Position numbers and translations under genes: made by a program. A DNA stretch of 64,000 nucleotides, taken from NCBI GenBank assembly GCA_963665665.1, contig OY762428.1, positions 512,001 to 576,000 on the forward strand. Reading direction: 5' to 3'. Positions 51,723 to 62,383 of this stretch are shown here, piece after piece (position 1 is the first letter of the stretch; each line of letters starts with the position of its first letter). This DNA is from Candidatus Kapaibacterium sp. (GTDB lineage Bacteria; Bacteroidota; Ignavibacteria; Kapaibacteriales; UBA2268). The notes under the pieces are model-generated. The model was not told where the DNA came from, ran no database searches, and saw nothing but the letters and a program-made list of their open reading frames with translations.

Positions 51723-53525
51723 TTAATCGTCAATACTTAAAACTGCAAGGAATGCTTCCTGAGGAATTTCAACACTCCCTACCTGTTTCATACGTTTCTT
51801 GCCTTCTTTTTGTTTCTCAAGAAGTTTCCTTTTTCTTGAAATATCACCACCGTAACATTTTGCGGTAACGTCTTTCCTGAGCGGCTTCACATTTGTTCTT
51901 GCAATAGCTTTTGAACCAATAGCAGCCTGGATAACAACTTCGTACATTTGCCTCGGTATCAGCTCCTTCAGTTTCGAGCACAGTTTCCTGCCCCAATTGT
52001 AGGCTTTTGTGCGGTGTACAATTGCTGACAAAGCATCCAGCGGATCACCGTTTATTAAAATATCAAGTTTTTGCAGGTCCGATTTTTTATAGTCATCCAT
52101 TTCATAATCAAGAGAAGCGTAACCCCTGGAAATTGATTTCAATTTATCATAAAAATCAAAAACGATCTCTGCCAGGGGAAGTTCCCACTGCAGGTCAACT
52201 CTTTCCTGCGAAAGATAAGTTGTATTTGTTTGTGTTCCCCTGCGTTCCATGCAAAGTTTCATAACCGCGCCGATATATTCAGAAGGAAGAATTATCTGGG
52301 CTTTGATATAAGGTTCGTGCAGTTCGGCAATTTCACCCTGTTTAGGCAGTTGGGCAGGATTTTCAATAAATAATTCCTCTCCGTTGGTTTTCAGCACTTT
52401 GTATCTTACGTTCGGAACGGTTGTTACAATATCCTGATTAAATTCCCTGTCCAGCCTTTCCTGAACTATTTCCATGTGAAGCAGTCCAAGGAAGCCGCAA
52501 CGAAAACCAAAACCAAGAGCACTGGAGGACTCGGGTTCATAAGTTATCGCGGAATCATTCAATACAAGTTTGGCAAGAGACTCGCGCAATGTTTCAAAGT
52601 CCTCGGGATTAGTCGGGTAAATACCGCTGAATACCATTGGCTTAACTTCCTTGAAACCTGCAATTGCCTTCTCGCAGCCACCCTTGAAATGTGTAATGGT
52701 ATCGCCAACCTTGGTGTCATGCAAATCTCTGATCGCTGCTGTAAAATATCCAACATTACCTGCAGAAATCATCCTTGTTCTATGCCGTTGCATATACATT
52801 ATTCCAACTTCTTCGATTTCATAGAGATTGTCGGTAGCCATGAATTTCACTTTATCCTTTTCCTTCAAAGTGCCGTCAAACACTCTTACATTAACCACCA
52901 CCCCTTTATAAGAATCGTAAAGGGAATCATATATCAAAGCTCTTAAAGGTTTATCGGGGTCGCCTTTCGGTGGATCAATCCTTTCAACAATTGCTTCAAG
53001 AATATCTTCCACTCCTGTACCTGCTTTGGCTGAAGCATAAAGAATTTCTTCCTCGTCACAACCAATAAGGTCAATTATCTGTTGCTTTACCGAATCTATG
53101 GTTGTAGATGCACTCGGCAGGTCAATTTTGTTGATAACCGGAATTATTTCCAGGTCATTATCTATTGCAAGATAAAGGTTTGATATTGTCTGTGCCTCAA
53201 CTCCCTGGGTAGCGTCAACCACAAGTATAGCTCCTTCGCAGGCTGCAAGAGACCGCGACACCTCGTAAGTAAAATCCACGTGGCCGGGAGTGTCGATAAG
53301 ATTTAATATGTAAGTTTGTCCGTCCCGGGCTTTGTAATCCATCTGAATGGCATGGAGTTTTATTGTAATACCGCGCTCCTGTTCCAAAGGATTATCATCA
53401 AGTATCTGGTTCATCACCATCTCTCTTTTCGTCACTCTGCCTGTTGCTTCAAGCATCCGGTCGGCAAGAGTTGACTTGCCGTGATCTATGTGAGCTATTA
53501 TCGAGAAATTCCGAAATTGTTTCAT
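51723..53525 (-). CDS. lepA: Translation elongation factor 4
   Basis: [51 protein letters not shown]. Confidence 0.97.
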   Translation of the reverse strand: MKQFRNFSIIAHIDHGKSTLADRMLEATGRVTKREMVMNQILDDNPLEQERGITIKLHAIQMDYKARDGQTYILNLIDTPGHVDFTYEVSRSLAACEGAILVVDATQGVEAQTISNLYLAIDNDLEIIPVINKIDLPSASTTIDSVKQQIIDLIGCDEEEILYASAKAGTGVEDILEAIVERIDPPKGDPDKPLRALIYDSLYDSYKGVVVNVRVFDGTLKEKDKVKFMATDNLYEIEEVGIMYMQRHRTRMISAGNVGYFTAAIRDLHDTKVGDTITHFKGGCEKAIAGFKEVKPMVFSGIYPTNPEDFETLRESLAKLVLNDSAITYEPESSSALGFGFRCGFLGLLHMEIVQERLDREFNQDIVTTVPNVRYKVLKTNGEELFIENPAQLPKQGEIAELHEPYIKAQIILPSEYIGAVMKLCMERRGTQTNTTYLSQERVDLQWELPLAEIVFDFYDKLKSISRGYASLDYEMDDYKKSDLQKLDILINGDPLDALSAIVHRTKAYNWGRKLCSKLKELIPRQMYEVVIQAAIGSKAIARTNVKPLRKDVTAKCYGGDISRKRKLLEKQKEGKKRMKQVGSVEIPQEAFLAVLSIDD

Positions 53526-53560
53526 ATACCCAACTGAAAGTTCGTACTATTTCCAAACTT

Positions 53561-53568
53561 CAAAATTA
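53561..53568 (-). promoter_or_regulatory. TAATTTTG -7 promoter element upstream of lepA
   Basis: TAnnTTTG consensus 36 nt upstream of the start. Confidence 0.45.
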
Positions 53569-53717
53569 AGCATGATATTTGAATAAACAATATTAAATTT
53601 ATCAGATTTTTTATGCTATTCATACTTTTTTATCCGCCTGTGCAACAATAGTTGCTTTAATGTGTTTATTTAATAATAGGGATACTTGGGAAATTATGTG
53701 AAGAAGAGATAATTATA

Positions 53718-54329
53718 TTGTTCAGAAACTTTGAAAAATATAGAGACGACGTTTTGGTTGATATTATGAAAGGCAGGGATAAGCAGAAAGCTTCCCTTGC
53801 ATTCAATGAATTATATAGAAGATATTCTCCTACTGTTAATGCCTATTGCACCAAAGTCATGCACAACAAACAATTGGCCGAAGATCTTTTTCAGGAATGC
53901 TTCACAAGGTTTTATAAATATATTCATGCCAATAATCCGAAAACAAATCTTTCGGCATACCTTATTACTATCGCCAGAAACCTTGCTCTTAACCACAAAA
54001 GAGACAGCAAACCAACTGTATCGATAGAGGAAATTGATTTCGACTATTTTCAGAATCCGAATTACGAGAAAAAGGAATTACTGGATTTGATTGATATGGC
54101 ATTGGAATTGCTTGATCACGAATACCGTGAGGCTTTTGTTCTCAGGGAATATAATAATTTATCCTACAGGGAAATTGCCGGTATCATGAATATTTCCGAG
54201 GTCAACGCCCGTTCAAGGGCTTTCAGGGCCAAGCAAAAGATAAAACAGATATTGGCCCCCTATCTGGAAGAATATAATGAAAAAAAAAATAAAGAAGAGT
54301 TATTAGAGAAAAAACATGGACATAAATAG
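53718..54329 (+). CDS. ECF RNA polymerase sigma factor
   Basis: AFNELYRRY, AEDLFQECF, YLITIARN, LSYREIA...SRAFRAK. Confidence 0.9.
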   Translation: MFRNFEKYRDDVLVDIMKGRDKQKASLAFNELYRRYSPTVNAYCTKVMHNKQLAEDLFQECFTRFYKYIHANNPKTNLSAYLITIARNLALNHKRDSKPTVSIEEIDFDYFQNPNYEKKELLDLIDMALELLDHEYREAFVLREYNNLSYREIAGIMNISEVNARSRAFRAKQKIKQILAPYLEEYNEKKNKEELLEKKHGHK

Positions 54330-55467
54330 ACTAATTCACGACTTTGCTGACGGTACGCTACCTCCGGAGTATGAAGAAAAATTATTTATTACTCTTAGTT
54401 CCTCACCCGAATTAAGAAATGAGCTAAAGAGTTCCATGGCTCTGACCAATGCTGTTAAATCAGACACGAAGGCATTCACGCCATCTGCCTCTTCGAAATC
54501 AGCTATTTTTTCAAATGTCGGCCTTGATGTTCCACAAGCTGTTACTCCAATTTCATACGCAATGAATAAATTTATTTACGGAACTGCCGGTGTTGGTATC
54601 GGAGCGATAACTGTATTTTTACTAATGTATTCCAGTGTGTTCGATAGCACGGAAAATTTCGATCAGGCAATGATGAGCACAGGACTTGCCAGCCGGGATT
54701 ATCCTGACAAACCGGAATTGGTTATGGAATGTTCTGCGCCGCTTATCACTGATACAGTTACCAAATACGTTTATTTATATCCTGAAGCATTTCAACATGC
54801 AGATTATGCATCTTCAGAAATTATTGATCAAACAAAGCCGCTTGTTTCGCCTTATTATAACCTGACGATCCCTTCCCGTTTCGAAAGTTATACTCCAAAT
54901 CCGCAAATAAGTTATATTAGCGATAATAGCGGATTCAATAGTTCATTCATATATGATGTAATTCAACCGGAAAAACCAATAGGAATAACTCTTGAATTTG
55001 CATCCAATCAGGCCTGGGATTTCCCGGCAGCTACAATTACCCCGGAATCTTTCCAGCCATTTAATAAATTAAGCATGACTGTATTCGGATGGGAGCCTAT
55101 TAAAGGACTGAACTTCGGAGTTGATTTCAGAAGAGAGAACTTCTACCAGGAATTCGACGGTATACGCCAGGACAGCCTGGAATTTGCTTACGCCCAGCAA
55201 CCTAACTTCACATCCTACGGTGTTGTTGCAAGGTATTTCCCTGAATTTCTGAAGACTGAAAAAATTAAACCTTTTGTCCAGATTGGCGCTGCAATGAATA
55301 AGGCCGGGGCAATAGCAAGGGGTATGGGTGGTATATGGTACAAAATTGACGACCATATATCATTTTCTCTCGGGCTTGAAGGCAATATTCTGTATTTCAG
55401 GCATCAGGATAAAAATTTCCACTCAAAGAAAATGAATCTGAACTATGGTATATCTTATGAATTTTAA
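54316..55467 (+). CDS. Putative anti-sigma factor with TM helix and C-terminal outer-membrane beta-barrel
   Basis: Coupled to the ECF gene; N-terminal LIHDFADGTL; TM at about aa 86-109; amphipathic strands ending NYGISYEF. Confidence 0.65.
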   Translation: MDINRLIHDFADGTLPPEYEEKLFITLSSSPELRNELKSSMALTNAVKSDTKAFTPSASSKSAIFSNVGLDVPQAVTPISYAMNKFIYGTAGVGIGAITVFLLMYSSVFDSTENFDQAMMSTGLASRDYPDKPELVMECSAPLITDTVTKYVYLYPEAFQHADYASSEIIDQTKPLVSPYYNLTIPSRFESYTPNPQISYISDNSGFNSSFIYDVIQPEKPIGITLEFASNQAWDFPAATITPESFQPFNKLSMTVFGWEPIKGLNFGVDFRRENFYQEFDGIRQDSLEFAYAQQPNFTSYGVVARYFPEFLKTEKIKPFVQIGAAMNKAGAIARGMGGIWYKIDDHISFSLGLEGNILYFRHQDKNFHSKKMNLNYGISYEF

Positions 55468-56155
55468 AACAACAATAATATTGATTTTTTCCATTCTGAT
55501 GCTTTTGATCTTATCGTCATCATGTGAGGATTCGCTCGGGCTTGAAGACAATTACAGGGAATGGCAAATTAACGTGGAACCCGAAGTGATAGATACCACC
55601 ATGCCAATGGAAATAATATCATTCGAGAGCAGCTTCACGGAATATTACCCGTCGAATATTGACGATACATCATTTATAGAATATCCCTGGGGTATCAATA
55701 TCAGCAGCAGGTCATTTATCTGGGTATCTGCCGATTCGCTGCATGGTGAATATTATGTATCGTTATTCATGAACGTTACCGATAATACATCCAACGATTA
55801 TCATAGAGACCGTATTGACAGGATTACCAATCTTTCAATATCTGTTGATTCAATTCATGCAATAAAAACAGACAAACCTGATACTTTGAAATATAAATCA
55901 ATGTGGTCCGGGATTTATGACGGCAGATACAGCAGTGTTACTGTTGAAAGCATTCAGGAACCTAAAACTATCCAGTATTATTCTTATATGACAAAAAGAA
56001 CTTCCGTAAAAGCTTATCGTATTAAGCGCGATATTGAAATTGACGGGAAAATTGAGAACAGGGAAGTAATTGAATTTAAAATATTCGTCTATTTCTACAG
56101 TACTGATCCTGTAACAACCAAGATGCTTATCGGCACAATAACTGTTCTTGTTTGA
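55445..56155 (+). CDS. Hypothetical lipoprotein
   Basis: Hydrophobic N-terminus with LSSSC lipobox. Confidence 0.7.
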   Translation: MVYLMNFKTTIILIFSILMLLILSSSCEDSLGLEDNYREWQINVEPEVIDTTMPMEIISFESSFTEYYPSNIDDTSFIEYPWGINISSRSFIWVSADSLHGEYYVSLFMNVTDNTSNDYHRDRIDRITNLSISVDSIHAIKTDKPDTLKYKSMWSGIYDGRYSSVTVESIQEPKTIQYYSYMTKRTSVKAYRIKRDIEIDGKIENREVIEFKIFVYFYSTDPVTTKMLIGTITVLV

Positions 56156-56197
56156 TATCAAAATAATAATTTATGCAGAGTAAAAAAACTCTGCAGA

Positions 56198-59100
56198 TCA
56201 ATCCTGCTTATCCAGAACTCTTTTTATTTCGTTCAGAAACTGAGGCAGAACAAGCGGCTTGTCGATCCTGCCAACAAAACCATATTTCTCATAATTTGCA
56301 ACAATTGGTTTGTTTGAATGCCCGCTGAATACAAGTGCCTTTATTTCCGGATTAATTTTCTTCAAATCACATAGTACGTCCGAACCATCCACAGAATATC
56401 CCCTTAATGTCAGATCCAGAATTACTAGGTTGAAATCATCCGGATTTTCGGAATATATCTTTCTTACTTTTTCGGGTGTATTTGCACATACAAGGTCAAT
56501 ATCAAATTCATCAGACAGCTCTTTCATATTTTCCAGAATTTCCTCGTTATCGTCAAGGATAAGAATTTTCGTTGATATATGATCGCCATTATTGCCGGAA
56601 CTTACAGCAGATTTTCCGCTAATTGATTTATTGTATGGCAGAAGGATAGTGAAAGTTGTACCTATTCCAACTTTGGAGTCAACTTTAATCGTTCCTTTAT
56701 GCTTTTCAATTATCGACAAAGCAGAAGCAAGCCCAAGGCCATGCCCGTTCTCTTTTGTTGTAAAGAAGGGATTGAATATTTTGTCAATAATTGATTTTGG
56801 TATACCCATTCCTTCATCAATTATATCAATACTAATATATTGGTCATTACTTTTATCTTTAGCAAATAAATTATCAGAAACCATCTGTTTCGTTGTAATT
56901 GTAATTTTTCCGCCTTTGCTCATAGAATGCTTGGCATTAAGAATAAGATTTGTAATTACCTCGTGTATCTGTTTGTCATCAATTAAAATATCCGACAAAT
57001 CCGGGTCCAGGTCATATTCGATAACAATACTCGAGCCTGTAATGGCCATTTCAGAAGAATCTCTGATAATTTTATTTATATCCGATGACCTCATTATGGG
57101 GGCATCACTTTTGGTAAAAGTCTGGAATTTTGTTGCCAGCGCTGTAGCCTGCTCTATTGTTTTTGATATTTTATCAAGATGGTGGGCAACTCTGTGGGGT
57201 TTCATTTTTGCAAGTTCAACACTCAGGGACATAGCAGTCATCAGATTTTTGAAATTATGGGCAATTCCCCCTGCTACAATACCAAGGGATTCGATCTTTG
57301 CTAATTTTTCAAGTTCGGCTTCTGTTTGTTTCTTTTCTGTAACATCATAATAATTAACAACTATTCCCTGAAGTTCAGGCATGTGCAAAAGATTTTTACC
57401 CGTACCTTCCAGGTATCTGTATTCACCGCTTTTGTTCAAATATCTGAACAAAAGATTTTCGATACCGCCAGGCCTGTTCAGTAGACCATTGAACTGAGCC
57501 AGCAATCCCTTCTGGTCGTCAGGATGAACGTAATCAAAAGCATTTTTTCCCATTAATTCCCCTGTATCATATCCAAGAACAGATTGATGCGAAGGGCTCT
57601 CATAAATAATATTTCCTTCGGCATCAAGCATGGATATCACATCGGTGGAATTTTCAATCAGAGTCCTGTAATAAATCTCGCTCTCTTCAATTCTTTTATA
57701 AGCTTCGCTGAGTTTTGAATTTCTTTCTTCAAGCTGTTTCCTGTATTCAATTATATCCGTTACATCATCAAATATTGCAACGATTTCGCCTGTGGGCAAT
57801 TTATATATATAATTTTCGCGCCAGCCTTCTCTTATGGCATCCTTATAGAAAAATGGTTCAAGTTTTTTATCCCTGCCGCTTTCGTAAACTTCCTGCAAAG
57901 CTTTGAAAAGCGGAGCTTCACCCATATTCGGGAACAATTCAAGTAAAGTTTTACCAATTACATCTTCATACCTGGAATTGGTTATTTCCTCTGCTTTTTT
58001 ATTGAAACCGGTAAATTTAAAATCTTTGGTGTTATTGACGGGTTTATATACAGCCACACCGCTTTTCATATTTTCAATTATCTTTTTGTAGCGGTGGCGG
58101 CTTCTCGCCAGCCTATCCCTGTTCCGAACAAAGGTTAACGACATAGCAGCCAAATCGCCAAAAGCTCCTGCTATTTCTGCATCCCTTTCAGTAAAATCTC
58201 CGTCCTTGTTTGCCATGCCGAGCAAGCCTACTGATTTATCATCAATAACGAGCGGGGCAAACATTACATTTCTAAGATATACATGCCCCTCCGGCATATA
58301 TTTTTCCCACTTGCTGTTAGCAAAGTCATTTTCATAAGCAACGGAATTTGTTCTGTATGCAGTTTCCCTTAAGCCGCGTATGGGCATGGGAAGTTCCGGG
58401 TTGACAGTACATGGCAGGCCTCCGGCTTCGAGGAAAAGTACTTCGTTTTCAGCGCCGTCATCCGAAAGCATTGCCACATAGCCTGATTTCGCACCTATCA
58501 GCTCACAGCAAATATCGAAGAGTGTTTTTGCAGCTTCTTCAAAGCTCTTTGCAACTGGAATTGCCTTTGAGGCCTTCAGCAGCAGGCTTATTTCTTTTTG
58601 TTTTTCTTTGGCTTTCTTCAGGGCAGCTGTCACTTTCTTTTCGGACAACTTACGGTCAGTTATGTCCTTTGAAATTATCTGCGCCCCTATCACTTTGTTA
58701 TTAAATCCCCTGACGGAACAAATACTTGAAAGATAATAATAATCTTTTCCGTCAACAGTTATTTTGTCTTCATAATCCTTTATCCCATCGTTTTCAACAG
58801 CAATTCGGATTCTTTTTTCATATTTCTTTCCTTCTTCCTCACCGAATACTTCACGAAGAGTTTTGCCGGTAAAATCACCGGGGCTGCCGTTAAGATTGGC
58901 AGCTGCAATTTTGTTAAATGCAATGATCTTTGCATCCTTAGTATAATAGCCTATACCAAGGCCGGCGTTTTCGAAAAGTAATCTGTGCTTTTCCTCGCTT
59001 CTTTTTAACTCTTCTTTGTCCTTAATGCTGTCATCAATGTTTATTGAAATCCCGGTCCATATTGTTCTGCCGTCGGGCATTCTTTCCGGAATAGAGCGGG

Positions 59101-60247
59101 TAAGCATCCAGATATAATTTCCGTTTTTTGTTTTCTTCTGGTGCTCGCAGACAAATGGAGTTAAATTCTTTTCTGATTCAAGCATACCTTCTTTTACTAT
59201 CCCGGAATGTCCGGGGCTGTTTACTTTGCTAATCAGTGACGAATCCTGATAAACATCCTCGGGGCCGAAACCGAAATAATCCTTTACAGAATCGCTGATA
59301 TAGGTATATCTGCTATTCCCGTCTTTATCTTTTTCAATCTGAAATACAATTCCCGGCACATTGTCGCTCAATATCTTGAACTTATTATTTGCCAGCATTT
59401 GCTTTTGTTCTGCTTTCAGTCTGCTTGTAATATCCCTGACAGTACCAATTATTCTTATTCCGGCCGGAGTTTCATACAATGAAATATTTATCTCTACCGG
59501 AACTTTACTCCCGTCCTGCCTGATATGCTCGGATATTAAAATCGTTTTCCTGATTGACTTCAGATTCTCGATAAAGTCTGCCATTTGCTTCGGGGTTCGG
59601 TGAATACTGTCAATATCAAAAACATTCATCCCTATAAGCTGTTCTTCACTGAACCCTGTCATCTCGCAGGCTTTTTTATTTACCCTTGTTATCCTGGCAT
59701 TTTCGTCACATTCATAAATTGCATCGGGTGAATTTTCGGCAATGGCCCTGAAGTTTTCCTCGCTTTGCATCAAAGCTTCTTCGTATAGCATCCTGGCACT
59801 AATATCTCTGTTTATGCTTTGCCTTCCAAGGTATTGTCTGTCGGAATCAAACACGGGCTTGCAGGTATGCCCAATCCATTTTACTTCATTGTTCTTTGTC
59901 AGTATCCTGAAAACAAATTCCGGATTTTCATATTCTCCCCGGAAAGAATGTTCCCTGTGATTGCTCCATTTTTCTTTGTCTTCAGCGATTACTATATCAT
60001 GGATTAATTCCGGATTTTTATAGAAATCAATATCAGAATAACCAGTGATCATCATGCATGATTTTGAAACAAATTCCAGGGTTTTATCCGGACGCAGCCA
60101 ATAGGACCAGTCATAACTATTATTGGCAATTGATTTGAATTTATTATTGTCTTTGGACAGAAGTGTATTCTTTTTTTCCAACTCTTCGCATTTCTTCTTA
60201 TAAAATGCTACTTGATCATGATAATCAGAATCAGCCGACATTTTCAC
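56198..60247 (-). CDS. Multi-PAS/GAF hybrid sensor histidine kinase with receiver domain
   Basis: Multiple PAS/PAC (RDIT), GAF, GIAHNFKN H-box, NLILNA, DEGMG, GHGLGL, C-terminal REC. Confidence 0.9.
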   Translation of the reverse strand: MKMSADSDYHDQVAFYKKKCEELEKKNTLLSKDNNKFKSIANNSYDWSYWLRPDKTLEFVSKSCMMITGYSDIDFYKNPELIHDIVIAEDKEKWSNHREHSFRGEYENPEFVFRILTKNNEVKWIGHTCKPVFDSDRQYLGRQSINRDISARMLYEEALMQSEENFRAIAENSPDAIYECDENARITRVNKKACEMTGFSEEQLIGMNVFDIDSIHRTPKQMADFIENLKSIRKTILISEHIRQDGSKVPVEINISLYETPAGIRIIGTVRDITSRLKAEQKQMLANNKFKILSDNVPGIVFQIEKDKDGNSRYTYISDSVKDYFGFGPEDVYQDSSLISKVNSPGHSGIVKEGMLESEKNLTPFVCEHQKKTKNGNYIWMLTRSIPERMPDGRTIWTGISINIDDSIKDKEELKRSEEKHRLLFENAGLGIGYYTKDAKIIAFNKIAAANLNGSPGDFTGKTLREVFGEEEGKKYEKRIRIAVENDGIKDYEDKITVDGKDYYYLSSICSVRGFNNKVIGAQIISKDITDRKLSEKKVTAALKKAKEKQKEISLLLKASKAIPVAKSFEEAAKTLFDICCELIGAKSGYVAMLSDDGAENEVLFLEAGGLPCTVNPELPMPIRGLRETAYRTNSVAYENDFANSKWEKYMPEGHVYLRNVMFAPLVIDDKSVGLLGMANKDGDFTERDAEIAGAFGDLAAMSLTFVRNRDRLARSRHRYKKIIENMKSGVAVYKPVNNTKDFKFTGFNKKAEEITNSRYEDVIGKTLLELFPNMGEAPLFKALQEVYESGRDKKLEPFFYKDAIREGWRENYIYKLPTGEIVAIFDDVTDIIEYRKQLEERNSKLSEAYKRIEESEIYYRTLIENSTDVISMLDAEGNIIYESPSHQSVLGYDTGELMGKNAFDYVHPDDQKGLLAQFNGLLNRPGGIENLLFRYLNKSGEYRYLEGTGKNLLHMPELQGIVVNYYDVTEKKQTEAELEKLAKIESLGIVAGGIAHNFKNLMTAMSLSVELAKMKPHRVAHHLDKISKTIEQATALATKFQTFTKSDAPIMRSSDINKIIRDSSEMAITGSSIVIEYDLDPDLSDILIDDKQIHEVITNLILNAKHSMSKGGKITITTKQMVSDNLFAKDKSNDQYISIDIIDEGMGIPKSIIDKIFNPFFTTKENGHGLGLASALSIIEKHKGTIKVDSKVGIGTTFTILLPYNKSISGKSAVSSGNNGDHISTKILILDDNEEILENMKELSDEFDIDLVCANTPEKVRKIYSENPDDFNLVILDLTLRGYSVDGSDVLCDLKKINPEIKALVFSGHSNKPIVANYEKYGFVGRIDKPLVLPQFLNEIKRVLDKQD

Positions 60248-60521
60248 CCCGATAGTTACAACCCGATAAATAGTAGTTTAAAAGAATTTAATTTTCTTTT
60301 GAGTAATATAGTAAAAATATCAATAAATTAAAAAGGGTTCGAAAAATAAATAACAACCCCCGATAGAAATGTTCTCCCGGATAATCCGGGGCAGCAAAAA
60401 GTGAAAAAACTGCCTGTCCGCAACGTTTTCTTCTTCAATCCTGCAAACCTTCGGAAGGTTTGTATTCAAATTCAATATCCACGTGCTCTATCTCGTGGAT
60501 AAGGGAGGCAAAGCCCCGAAG

Positions 60522-60660
60522 CAAAGAAAGAAAACCACCCCTGTATTCCCCTCCTCCCCGAGGAGGGGATAAGAAGTTAAATATCATAGAATTAACTCCC
60601 CCTCCTTTCGAAGGAGGGGGCCGGAGTGAGGTAGGAAGAGGCGGAAGCAAAGCACCAAAG
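60522..60660. repeat. REPIN-like double hairpin
   Basis: Reverse complement of 34981-35119. Confidence 0.8.
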
Positions 60661-60732
60661 TTTTAACCTATTGCCGCCTTATTCTTCTTCAAAGCCCGCC
60701 CCTTCGGGGAGGGTTTGGGAGGGGTCGATGCC

Positions 60733-60963
60733 ATTGCAGTAATGTTTTGCTTTATTGACGCCTTGGTTGAAGTCATTGATGCCTTGTTCGGAGTCATTGC
60801 CGCCTTGTTTGAAGATAATGAACTCTTGTTTGAAGCTATTGCACCGATGTTTGAAGCTATTGCACCGATGTTTGAAGATAATGAACTCTTGGTCGACACT
60901 ATTGCAGCAATGTTTTGCTTTATTGCTGCCTTGTTTGAAGGCATTGAACTCTTGGTCGGAGGC
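60733..60963 (-). repeat. Degenerate 21-nt array B of copy 2 (11 units)
   Basis: Heptads ASDQEFN/AFKQGSN/KAKHCCN/.../DFNQGVN/KAKHYCN on the minus strand. Confidence 0.8.
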
Positions 60964-60970
60964 AAAGAAC

Positions 60971-61204
60971 ATGTTCAATAAGGCCAAACAAGCGTGGGAT
61001 AATGTCAAACAAGCGTGGGATGAAGTCAAACAAGCGTGGGATGAAGTCAAACAAGCGTGGGATGAAACCAAACAAGCGTGGGATGAAACCAAACAAGCGT
61101 GGGATGAAGTCAAACAAGCGTGGGATGAAGTCAAACAAGCGTGGGATGAAGTCAAACAAGCGTGGGATGAAGCCAAATTTCACTACAATAAGGCCAAACA
61201 GTAG
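60971..61204 (+). CDS. Putative 77-aa heptad-repeat protein MFN-(x[VTA]KQAWD)9-EAKFHYNKAKQ
   Basis: GGAGG-8nt-ATG; termini match those of 34290-34607. Confidence 0.45.
   Translation: MFNKAKQAWDNVKQAWDEVKQAWDEVKQAWDETKQAWDETKQAWDEVKQAWDEVKQAWDEVKQAWDEAKFHYNKAKQ
60980..61168 (+). repeat. 21-nt tandem array A of copy 2, 9 units (GAAGTCAAACAAGCGTGGGAT)
   Basis: Counted directly. Confidence 0.95.
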
Positions 61205-61404
61205 TTCAATACCTCCGGCCAAGGCAGTTTAAAGCCCTGCTAACAAAGCAATTAGCCCAAACATCAGTATTCTGATTCAAAACAGCATTGAATTAAGGAA
61301 ATTATCCGGTTCATTGAAACCACCGGATGGGGAATTAAGGCCGGCGGCCTGTTCATTTGGGTGGAAGAACGGATAAACTGAGCAAAAGAATGAGGTGTTA
61401 TGTT

Positions 61405-61675
61405 GTCATTCTGACGGAGCGAAGCGACGGAAGAATCCATGCAAAATAGCAGAAAATTTATGAAGAATGGATCCTTCGCTTCGCTCAGGATGACATCCCG
61501 GCTCTGCCCTCGTCATATTCAATAGCCACGTGCTTTAGCTCGTGGATAAGGGAGGCTAAAAAAAGAAACCACCCCAGCCTGTCCCGACGTGTCGGGAACT
61601 CGCTGCGCTCGCCACCCCTCAACGAGGGGAATTTTCCGGAAATCCACCCCCGCCCTTTCCCGACTCGTCGGCACC
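61405..61675. repeat. Cluster of REP-like hairpins
   Basis: GTCATTCTGA...TCAGGATGAC, CCACGTGCTTTAGCTCGTGG, CCCGACGTGTCGGG, CCCCTCAACGAGGGG. Confidence 0.75.
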
Positions 61676-61716
61676 AGCGGAAGTTGGAATTTGATCAATA
61701 AGGCAGGTAGAAAACG

Positions 61717-61744
61717 AAAATCCCCCGAATCAATCGAGGGATTT
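61717..61744 (-). terminator. Probable terminator after nuoC
   Basis: AAATCCC..CGA...TCGAGGGATTT imperfect stem, T-run on the minus strand. Confidence 0.5.
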
Positions 61745-61760
61745 AGTTTGTAAAATTTCT

Positions 61761-62291
61761 TTACTCCAATTCGCCGTATTTTTCCGGATAAGGCGGAAGA
61801 GGAAGCGAGCCGGGAATTCCCATAAGCGGAAAATCTTTCCTTAGCGGGTGTAATTGCTCGCCGGTTTCCGGATCGGTAAAATCCTCCGGCATGTAGAAAC
61901 GCCTTAATCCCGGGTGGCCGGTAAATTTCACCCCATACATATCAAATGTTTCTCTTTCGTACCAATTGGCACTTTCCCAAATTTCAGTTAATGTGGGGCA
62001 TTCAGGATTATCTCCTTCAAGCGGAGTTTTAATTCTCAGCTTGCCCTTCTTAGTTGTAGAATAAAGAAAATAAACAGTCTCGAACCTGACACCGGGTTTT
62101 GCCCAATCGATAGCCGTAACATCTTTCAGCATATCAAAATCAGTATCCGGATTTTCTTTTAATGCTTTTGCTGTTTCAAACAGCTTCTCCGGGGTTACGA
62201 TAATCGAAAGCTGCCCGTGATGCTCGTAAGTTTCAACATCAGGATTTACTTCTTTTACAACATTCAGGATTGTTTCTTTGTCAATAGCCAT
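61761..62291 (-). CDS. nuoC: NADH-quinone oxidoreductase subunit C
   Basis: DVTAIDW, SANWYERETFDMYGVKFTGHP, HPLRKDFPL. Confidence 0.92.
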   Translation of the reverse strand: MAIDKETILNVVKEVNPDVETYEHHGQLSIIVTPEKLFETAKALKENPDTDFDMLKDVTAIDWAKPGVRFETVYFLYSTTKKGKLRIKTPLEGDNPECPTLTEIWESANWYERETFDMYGVKFTGHPGLRRFYMPEDFTDPETGEQLHPLRKDFPLMGIPGSLPLPPYPEKYGELE

Positions 62292-62383
62292 AATTCACTC
62301 GGAAAGTTAAATCATTTATCATTTTTCTCAAGATATTACAAAAATTTTATTATGACAAATAATTTTTTCATTTATGTAACCAG

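Larger units (their letters stand above)
60440..61675. mobile_element. Composite non-autonomous repeat element, copy 2 (inverted relative to copy 1)
   Basis: REPIN, array B, identical core, array A, conserved tail and REP cluster in the same order as copy 1, reversed. Confidence 0.6.

Noticed and set aside
56310-60007. Plus-strand ORFs inside the histidine kinase
   Set aside because: Antisense shadows of a well-supported gene.
60440-61675. Second copy as an assembly duplicate of the first
   Set aside because: Repeat units, copy numbers and about 16% of tail positions differ, so these are distinct loci.
33661-61675. DGR, retron or prophage explanation for the repeats
   Set aside because: No reverse transcriptase, adenine-specific TR/VR pair, integrase or phage gene is visible; the intervening genes are housekeeping.
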